Positions 55,666 to 64,000 of a stretch of DNA of 64,000 bases are shown piece after piece. The notes below the pieces were generated by a model. That model ran no database searches, was not told the DNA's origin, and worked only from the letters and a program-made list of their open reading frames with translations. The position numbers were made by a program, and so were the translations under genes. Each line of letters starts with the position of its first letter. Position 1 is the first letter of the stretch. The DNA is from Eledone cirrhosa (Eukaryota), in assembly GCA_964016885.1 (NCBI GenBank), contig OZ024746.1:24304001-24368000 (forward strand), written 5' to 3'.

Positions 55666-55730
55666 TATTTTGTCTGATGAAGGCATACCATATTTTAATT
55701 TGGTATCCCTGAAATATGTATAATGAAATA
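55666..55730 (+). ncRNA. Type I hammerhead ribozyme motif (family H1), within element 55558-55772
   Basis: tattttgt-CTGATGA-aggcatacca tattttaatt tggtatccct-GAA-ATAtgTAT-A-atgaaata. The family tail is present inverted at 55558-55590. Confidence 0.75.
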
Positions 55731-55795
55731 AATATGGTTTTATAAATATAGTTTCCATTTATTTAATATCGTATATATATATATATATATATATA

Positions 55796-55872
55796 TTGGG
55801 TTGTAACATAAATTCCCGCCGTTGTTATAAAACTTCTAAATAAAAACGGCGGGAATTTATGTTACAACCCAA
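55796..55872. mobile_element. 77-bp mariner-type MITE
   Basis: ta|ttgggttgtaacataaattcccgccgtt ... aacggcgggaatttatgttacaacccaa|ta: perfect 28-bp TIRs with TA TSD. Confidence 0.8.
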
Positions 55873-55880
55873 TATACACA

Positions 55881-56694
55881 ATGTTAAAAGAGTGCAGTTT
55901 TTGTAAAGGAAAGAAATGGGAAAGAGAAACCACCACTATGTGTTGAGCTGGGGGAACGGTTGTTTTACTGACGTTTGGTACATCCTCAGACTCTTTGAGG
56001 GCATTGCTTTTGGGAAACACACCAAGTTGCATGCACCGCTTGAAAAACATTAGGAATTATAATTCTTTCCAAATGACCTCCTTTGGTAGCAATATTATAA
56101 GAGAAGGGAATATGAAGCCAACTTTTAAAGTTCAAAGTCAAGTATACCATCGTATTGGATCTTTGTTGCCAACTGAAGGCAAAAATCCTCAATTTTTACA
56201 GCTATATTTTGTGGCAAGTTACAAGGAGCAGGCTTTACAACAGACATTTAACCTTCCAAATTTGAAAGAAGAGTTAATCTTTGATCTGCAAGATATGTTG
56301 CATGCAAACAAAGCTATATCAGAAGCTTCAAGTATGCATTAGAATATGCACCACCCACCCACTGAATACAAGATAGTTATTGATGCAGACAAAAAAGCCT
56401 GATGCTGAACAGAGAGGCCGCTACAATGCCCCTGCCACAAATGCAGCAATTATTACAGGCGACTAGTATGGGAAGAGAGATATTATTATTCAAGGGAGAG
56501 GAAATAAGATGCAGCGGATAAATGCAACCCACCGATCATATGATACACTCTAGTATCCATTAATCTGTATTTGGCCAACAGAGTTCCTTAATTATCTTGA
56601 GCCACCTAGAACTCCTCCACATAAACCTATTCTGAAGGTAGGAGTCCCAATAATGCTTCTAAGAAATTTAGATCCTCCTAAATTATGAAATGGG
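55881..56694 (+). pseudogene. Helitron Rep/Hel protein remnant, internally deleted
   Basis: CSFC...MC* zinc-finger-like motif, IRNYNSFQMTSFG, PTFKVQSQVYHRIGSLLP, QFLQLYF, RGRYNAP, HRSYDTL*YPL, joined directly to the PIF1-type helicase motif PTEFLN...PPH...[20 protein letters not shown]. Several stops and frameshifts. Confidence 0.9.
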
Positions 56695-57489
56695 ATCCTA
56701 GCCCTACCATGACTTTTATCCAATGCTTTAGCAATTCTGTCAACCCACCACCCAGGACTGTTTCTATAATGTTATCAACAACCGAAAAGATGAAGTGTAA
56801 AGTTGACGTCAGTGGAATTTGAATTCAGGATGCAAAAGAGCTGGAAGAAATATCAACAGAAGACTAATAACTCTTCAGGAATCGAACCCATGATTTTATA
56901 AATGTGAGTCCAGTCAACACATTAACCACTAAAGTACGTGCCTACAGTTTTTGTACTGTCGTATACGGTTAACGCCTGCAAATATCTATTTCTTTTTATA
57001 TCATATCCTCCTCCTTTACCTCATCTATCTTTATCCCCCTTCTACTCCATACATCCTATGAATTTTGTTTGCTACATATCTAGAAACTGTTATATTCAAT
57101 AATATTCCCCATAATCATCTTGTCAAACTTCTCGAATCAAGATGGCGTCTCTAAAGGTATAATTTCTATCTTCCAATATTCCATTCTTAAACACGAATAT
57201 AGTACCATACAATATATGTAATAAAAAAATAATATAGTACAATAAAATAAAATATAATATAAAATATTATTTGAAAAAACAAACAACCAAAACGATATAA
57301 TAAAAATGTCCTTCTTTAAGAGAATAACTAGGAATAATAATAATGCGTTTCGGGGGGGCTTAAAATTTTATTTTTGTTTGCTTCTTGATCGACAAGTTTA
57401 GATAGTATGTGTGGCTTTCATTTTCCAAACTGACAAGCCTGATATTTTCGAAGTATTCATGCATATAACATGAAATGATGATTTCGACA

Positions 57490-57915
57490 TAGAGGCACAA
57501 GGCAAATAATTTGGGTGGCGAGAGGAAAGCTGATTATATCGAACGCAGTTCTTTACTGGTATTTTATTTTATAAATCCCGGAAGGGTAAAAGGCAAAGTT
57601 AGCCTCGGTGTTATTTGAACTCAGAACAAAGAATCAGAACAAATACTGCTAAGCACTCGTTCGGCGCTCTGTCGGCCCTGCCAATCCACCGCCCTTAACA
57701 GCTTCTAATTTAGGCACAAGGCCAACAGTTTTGTGGGAAGTGGGAAGTGGATTGTATCGAAACATAGTAGGTGACTGGTATTTTATTTTATCGATCTCGA
57801 ATGGATGAAAGGCAAAGTTGACCACTGCGGGATTTGAACTCAGAATGTAAAGAGCCAGAACAAATATTGTGAAGCATATGTTGACACTCTAATAACTCAG
57901 CCTGTCCACCCCCTT
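57490..57915 (-). mobile_element. Tandem dimer of SINE family A
   Basis: Two head-to-tail copies, each containing aaaggcaaagtt...atttgaactcagaa. Confidence 0.8.
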
Positions 57916-57924
57916 ATAATAACT

Positions 57925-58375
57925 ATCTCTTTATTGGCCGCTAGGGCCGAAACACAAAGGATAATACAAGAAAGAGGGACAGTGGGGATTTACATAAAAC
58001 GTGTAAAAAAGGAAAACAGAAAGCTATTAACAATAAATAAAAAAACAAGTATCACCTGGGGGTGGGTAGGAACCACACAGATCTGAAACCATCCTAATCA
58101 CCAGGAGCACCCAAGGAAGGTGCCCCTACACCTCTCTGAAATGTCCAGGTTACAGACGCACACTCAGAGTATTCACTCGTGCCAACCTCGCTACAGTCAC
58201 CTACCTTTCAACAAATGTACTGGAGGGAACTCTTCCTTCTCAACCCTCACTTTTCTTTTCCAGGTGGAACTTGAAACAGTTGATGAGGGCTTGGCCGAAG
58301 ACGAAAGTGTCTGTCTTCAGTCCTTTCTTTCGCGTCCACGACGCAATCTCTTTCGCTACAGCCACCAGACATTGC
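57925..58375 (-). mobile_element. Non-LTR retrotransposon 3' fragment, paralog of 12960-13475
   Basis: Minus strand translates to CLVAVAKEIASWTRKKGLKTDTFVFGQALINCFKFHLEKK; 3' end ggccctagcggccaataaagag. Confidence 0.65.
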
Positions 58376-58384
58376 TGCATCTGC

Positions 58385-60270
58385 TGTTGGTGTATCTGTA
58401 GTGGTGGTGGTGACATTGCTGGTGATGTTGGTGGTGATGTTGGTGGTGTCTGTAGTGGTGGTGGTGGTAGTGGTGACGTTGCTGGTGATGTTGGTGGTGA
58501 TGTTGGTGGTGTCTGTAGTGGTGGTGGTGGTAGTGGTGACGTTGCTGGTGATGTTGGTGGTGTCTGTAGTGGTGGTGGTGTCATCGCTGGTGGTGTATGT
58601 AGTGGTGGTGGTGACAGTGGTGACGTTGCTGGTGATGTTGGTGGTGTATGTAGTGGTGGTGGTGTCATTGCTGGTGGTGTCTGTAGTGGTGGTGGTGTCA
58701 TTGCTGGTGGTGTCTGTAGTGGTGGTGGTGACAGTGGTGACGTTGCTGGTGATGTTGGTGGTGTATGTAGTGGTGGTGGTGTCATTGCTGGTGGTGTCTG
58801 TAGTGGTGGTGGTGGCAGTGGTGACGTTGCTGGTGATGTTGGTGGTGTATGTAGTGGTGGTGGTGTCATTGCTGGTGGTGTCTGTAGTGGTGGTGGTGGC
58901 AGTGGTGACGTTGCTGGTGATGTTGGTGGTGTATGTAGTGGTGGTGGTGACAGTGGTGGTGGTGACGTTGCTGGTGATGTTGGTGGTGTCTGTAGTGGTG
59001 GTGGTGGTAGTGGTGACGTTGCTGGTGATGTTGGTGGTGTCTGTAGTGGTGGTGGTGGTAGTGGTGACGTTGCTGGTGATGTTGGTGGTGTATGTAGTGG
59101 TGGTGGTGTCATTGCTGGTGGTGTCTGTAGTGGTGGTGGTGGCAGTGGTGATGTTGCTGGTGATGTTGGTGGTGTATGTAGTGGTGGTGGTGGCAGTGGT
59201 GGTGGTGACGTTGTTGGTGATGTTGGTGGTGTCTGTAGTGGTGGTGGTGGCAGTGGTGATGTTGGTGGTGTCTGTAGTGGTGGTGGTGACAATGGTGGCG
59301 TTGGTGTATCTGTAGTGATGGTGGTGACGTTGATGGTGATGTTGGTGGTGTCTGTAGTGGTGGTGGTGGTAGTAGTGACATTACTGGTGATGTTGGTGGT
59401 GTCTGTAGTGGTGGTGGTGGCAGTGGTGATGTTGGTGGTGTCTGTAGTGGTGGTGTCTGTAGTGGTGGTGTCTGTAGTGGTGGTGGTGGCAGTGGTGATG
59501 TTGGTGGTGTCTGTAGTGGTGGTGTCTGTAGTGGTGGTGGTGGCAGTGGTGATGTTGGTGGTGTCTGTAGTGGTGGTGTCTGTAGTGGTGGTGTCTGTAG
59601 TGGTGGTGTCTGTAGTGGTGGTGTCTGTAGTGGTGGTGGTGGCAGTGGTGATGTTGGTGGTGTCTGTAGTGGTGGTGTCTGTAGTGGTGGTGTCTGTAGT
59701 GGTGGTGGTGGCAGTGGTGATGTTGGTGGTGTCTGTAGTGGTGGTGTCTGTAGTGGTGGTGGTGGCAGTGGTGATGTTGGTGGTGTCTGTAGTGGTGGTG
59801 TCTGTAGTGGTGGTGTCTGTAGTGGTGGTGGTGGCAGTGGTGATGTTGGTGGTGTCTGTAGTGGTGGTGGTGGCAGTGGTGACGTTGCTGGTGATGTTGG
59901 TGGTGTCTGTAGTGGTGGTGTCTGTAGTGGTGGTGGTGCCGGTGGTGACGTTGCTGGTGATGTTGGTGGTGTCTGTAGTGGTGGTGTCTGTAGTGGTGGT
60001 GGTGGTAGTGGTGACGTTGCTGGTGATGTTGGTGGTGTCTGTAGTGGTGGTGTCTGTAGTGGTGGTGGTGGCAGTGGTGACGTTACTGGTGATGTTGGTG
60101 GTGTCTGTAGTGGTGGTGTCTGTAGTGGTGGTGGTGGCAGTGGTGACATTACTGGTGATGTTGGTGGTGTCTGTAGTAGTGGTGGTGGCAGTGGTGACAT
60201 TACTGGTGATGTTGGTGGTGTCTGTAGTGGTGGTGGTGGCAGTGGTGACGTTGCTGGTGATGTTGGTGTT
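58385..60270. repeat. GTG-rich compound minisatellite (15-, 39- and 51-bp modules), about 1.9 kb
   Basis: Modules gtctgtagtggtggt, gatgttggtggt and gacgttgctggt in varying combinations. Confidence 0.95.
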
Positions 60271-61545
60271 CTTGATTTTCTTTTTCGTGCATCACGCCAT
60301 TGATCTTCCTAGAAGAAGACACTTCTGTCTCCGCTATGCTATTTTTTTTTTTTTTAATTTTGTTGAAAAAACAAAATAAATGCAGCTTTATCTCTTTGGG
60401 GGCCAAAGACAATGGAAAACTGACCTATACCCTCGGAGGTTGGTCGGTTTAGGTATAAAATTTTCAAACAAAACCCTTTCAGAAACAGGTAAAAATAAAC
60501 AAAACAAGTCTAATAAAAAAAAGACAACATGGCGCAGAGTCCAGAAACAACAACAATGATATTCCTGTTAATACTTTGTCGCTATGGAAACAGAAATGTA
60601 TTCCATTCGTGTCAAAGTGATTATTGAACTGAAGAAATTCGATGTGCTGTCGGTTCTTCTGGTGGCCTGTTCAATAAATGACATTGTGAATTTTTATTTT
60701 ATTTATATATTTATTTTTACTCTTAGATGGCATATACCGTTTTACCTGTATGTTGATAAACTCTTTAATCAGAGAGAAACTTTCACTTAACAATAATAGC
60801 TCACAGCTCTTTGATAATTCAGACGATGACGTTGCATATAATCAATAGATCGTATGATTGTTTGTTTGTTTTTTTGTGTGTTTGTGTGTTTGTGTGTTTG
60901 TGTGTTTGTGTGTTGTGTGTTTGTGTGTTTGTGTGTTTGTGTGTTTGTTTTTCCTGGGGGAGGGGGGTGGGGTGGGTAAATACCAATATTTTATATGAAA
61001 ATAGCCATTACAGTCCAACCGATAATCCTTGTTGACCGGAACATAAACTTCAACTAGAAATAACACTGAAAGAATGTGTACACACCACATACAGTATTTT
61101 ATCTATATGTCAAGATTCGGAGTATGACAGAGGTACCAGCACCATATTGATATTAATCCGACCAAAATTGGTACTGTTTCTATGAAACAAAACCTACCTA
61201 TTTCAAAAAGTTCCTATTTAAATTAAAAACTTCCAACATAATTTTATATAAGAACTATATGTTAAATTACTATGTTAGTAAAAGAAGTATTTTTCGAACA
61301 CGGCGAGTGAAGTTAGAAATTGAAACAGAAATGTGTGCTGGTACCCATCTTTGTCTGTTCAGTGGGTTTAGACGCCCCATTATTAGACTATATTATTTAG
61401 TCAAAAATGTTACGGCGAAGCTTCTATTTCTGTTTCAATACTATGTTGGTAATAAAATAATAATTTTAGTAAATACCTCAAAATTCTTCATTAGTTAATT
61501 CAAAGAGAAGACATTTCATTCGAAATATGTTCACAAAAGAGTTAA

Positions 61546-62405
61546 CTCTTTTGTGAACATATTTCTAATAAAATATAATTACATATGAACAAGATGGAGA
61601 GGCTTCAACCAATCTGGTCTCAAACCGTAAGAAACCACCCAACCTATGTCAACATGGACTGTGGATGAAATTGCACGTCGAAGATAGAAATATACTTGTA
61701 GGGTTTAATTATCCCTTTTGTTGCCAAACTACATGGAACTGTCGCTGGTTCTACCATACTAAGCTGTTTATTTTAGAATCTTACATTTATCTAAAAAAAA
61801 AAAAACTTGCATCAAAATATTATATAAGCACCCTTCTTAGGTTATGTTCCAAACACCATCTTAATAATGGTTTCTGATTTAGGCATAAGACCAACAATGT
61901 GGGGGAGGGAAAAGTCAATTAAATCGACCCAAGTGTGTTACTGGTACTTTATTTTATCGACCCTGTAAGGATGAAAGGCAAAGCTAGCCTCTGCGGGATT
62001 TGAAATCAGAATGTAAAGGACCGTAACTCTATACCACATGCATGCTATCCGACTCCCTACCGATACTGCCAATCCACCACCCTAAATACCATCTTAATAA
62101 TAAGGAAGTTAGTTACGTTACTAAATTCCTCCAAGTTCTTGGTTATTTTGAAAATTATTTGAAAATCATAGACAATGTATTTCTTTAGAAGTACATTAAT
62201 TAATTAATGTTTGCAAGTGTTTATATTTATCTAAAAACCTCCATAATATTTTTATGGAAGAACATTTGTAAAGTTACGTTCCAAACACCAGATAAATAAA
62301 GAGAAAGTTATATTTCTAAATTCTCTAGCAAAATTCTTGATTATTTTAACAATTATTTGAAGGCCATAAGCAATGTCTTTCATTAGAAATATGGTGATGA
62401 GAGGG
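61546..62405. mobile_element. piggyBac-like MITE interrupted by a SINE
   Basis: ttaa|ctcttttgtgaacatatttctaat ... attagaaatatggtgatgagaggg|ttaa. Confidence 0.5.
61869..62083 (-). mobile_element. Full-length SINE family A with 18-bp TSD
   Basis: Flanked by aaa(c/t)accatcttaataat at 61851-61868 and 62084-62101. Confidence 0.85.
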
Positions 62406-62449
62406 TTAAACATTCTAACGGTGAATACATTTTATGCGATACCATAATT

Positions 62450-62481
<32 letters not shown>

Positions 62482-62880
62482 AGTCATATGCTTTGATAAA
62501 ATATATTGTGATATTTGATATAGCTGCAAATCACGGAAAGAAAGGTATGTTAGAAAGATTGATATCCAAACATAAAAGCAATATTCACTTATTTGTTAGC
62601 TGCAGTGGTATATTCTTTTATTTTTTATTCTTTTATTGGCTTCACCCATTAAATTGCGGTCATGCTGGAGCACCGTCTTAAAGTGCTTATGTATTTTATG
62701 TTTGGTAATTCTTTTATTGATTTCTTTTTGATGACCTACTACGTTATGAGACATAAACACAGATACAGACGGACAAACACAGATACACGCATACACACAC
62801 ATACACACACATGCACACGCGCACACTCATATCAATGCACACACATACACACATACACACACATGCACACACATACTTAA

Positions 62881-63200
62881 GCAGTGAAGCATGAATGATC
62901 TGAGAGAAAAGCTGGGTATAAGAGGTATCATATGTTGTATGTAAGAGAGAAGACTGCACTGGTATGGACATGTGATGCCCATGGATGATGACCATTGGGT
63001 GAAGAAGTACCAAGAGATCCTAGTGGAAGGAAGTGGCAGTAGAAGAAGACTAAGGAAGACCGGAGCAGAGGTGGTCAGAACTGATCTCACTGAAGAGAGG
63101 ACAGAACGCAACCAGTTGAGGGAAGTTGCGCAAGAAAAAATCCGTCCAGCCCATACAAGCATGGAAAAGTGAACATAAAAGGATGCCGTTGATGATGGTG
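62881..63200 (+). mobile_element. RTE-clade LINE 3' fragment followed by an expanded (GAT)n-like tail to about 63320
   Basis: ...LREKLGIRGI...ERRLHWYGHVMPMDDDHWVKKYQEILVEGSGSRRR; homologous to 1990-2420. Confidence 0.85.
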
Positions 63201-63659
63201 ATAATGATGATGATGATTGTAATGATGATGAGGATAATGATGTTGATGACGATGTTGATGATGATGGTGATGATAACTGTGATAATGAGGGTAATGTTGG
63301 TGATGATAATGATGATACGACGTCGACAACGGCGAGACTAACAAGCTGTAGCAAACATGTCAAAGACATTTCTTTAGAATTGCCAGTGTGTGTTATAGAA
63401 ATACCATTTAGGAACTATTATTGATTAACAACACTCTTCCGATGTGGACAGATTGTGGCACTACGTGACTGTAACATCCTGAAAACTTGCGCTATTTCTG
63501 CTCTCTCCTAATGCTCTCCTTTGCAAGATGTATTTTTAATGTTTATTCAGACAGAAGGAAATTATATATTTGTAATGGATGATTTAAGAGACAAATCCGT
63601 TGTAAGAATTACCATTCCAGCTTATACTTATTATAATATGGATTATTAAGATATATTTA

Positions 63660-63900
63660 GTGAAGGGGTGTCGCTTAGTAGTTAGGGCATTCGGCTCACG
63701 ATTGTAAGGTTGCGGGTTCGATTGCTGGTGGCGCGTTGTGTCCTTCAGTATGAAACTTTATTTCACATTGCTGCAGTCTATACATTGCGTCAGGCTGAAT
63801 CACCCTGAGAACTACATTGAGGGTGCATATGTTTGTAGAATGCGCTACTAGTTGTACATTATTTTCACAAGCAGACTGTTCCGTTGATCGAACAACTACG
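63660..63900 (+). mobile_element. tRNA-derived SINE family B
   Basis: gtgaaggggtgtcgcttagtagttaggg...gggttcgattgc...ttgtgtccttcag...ccctgagaactacatt. Confidence 0.75.
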
Positions 63901-64000
63901 AGAGTGGGCTGAAAGTTCTTAGGCTGACTACGAAGGAGTGATGCTCGAGCTGTGAAATCATGCATACATTAATCTCAACTCTTCTTATTAACAATTGCAT

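Noticed and set aside
59109-60200. Extensin- or mucin-like Pro-rich ORFs
   Set aside because: They coincide with the VNTR, several frames on both strands are open, and a frameshift near 59310 splits them.

Overview
AT-rich, microsatellite-dense eukaryotic DNA. The SINE families and (TA)n/(CA)n density suggest a cephalopod, probably an octopus; this is recognition, not a database result. I find no confidently intact protein-coding gene, and nearly all long ORFs are artefacts of tandem repeats. The window is a mosaic of tRNA-derived SINEs, RTE and Tx1/L1-like LINE 3' fragments, Helitrons (two non-autonomous copies and an internally deleted Rep/Hel remnant), hAT/pogo/mariner/piggyBac-type MITEs and two GTG-rich VNTRs. 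Two features stand out. (1) A 14.3-kb array of a 41/42-bp unit (37559-51899) whose monomer is the right terminal inverted repeat of the adjacent hAT MITE plus its 8-bp target-site duplication plus 7 bp of host flank, i.e. a satellite born from a transposon-host junction. (2) Several families of short (TA)n-embedded, often inverted elements carrying hammerhead-ribozyme motifs, consistent with Penelope-like pseudo-LTRs or retrozymes. One family has three complete type I hammerheads with compensatory base-pair changes; another is a fold-back made of two half-hammerheads.
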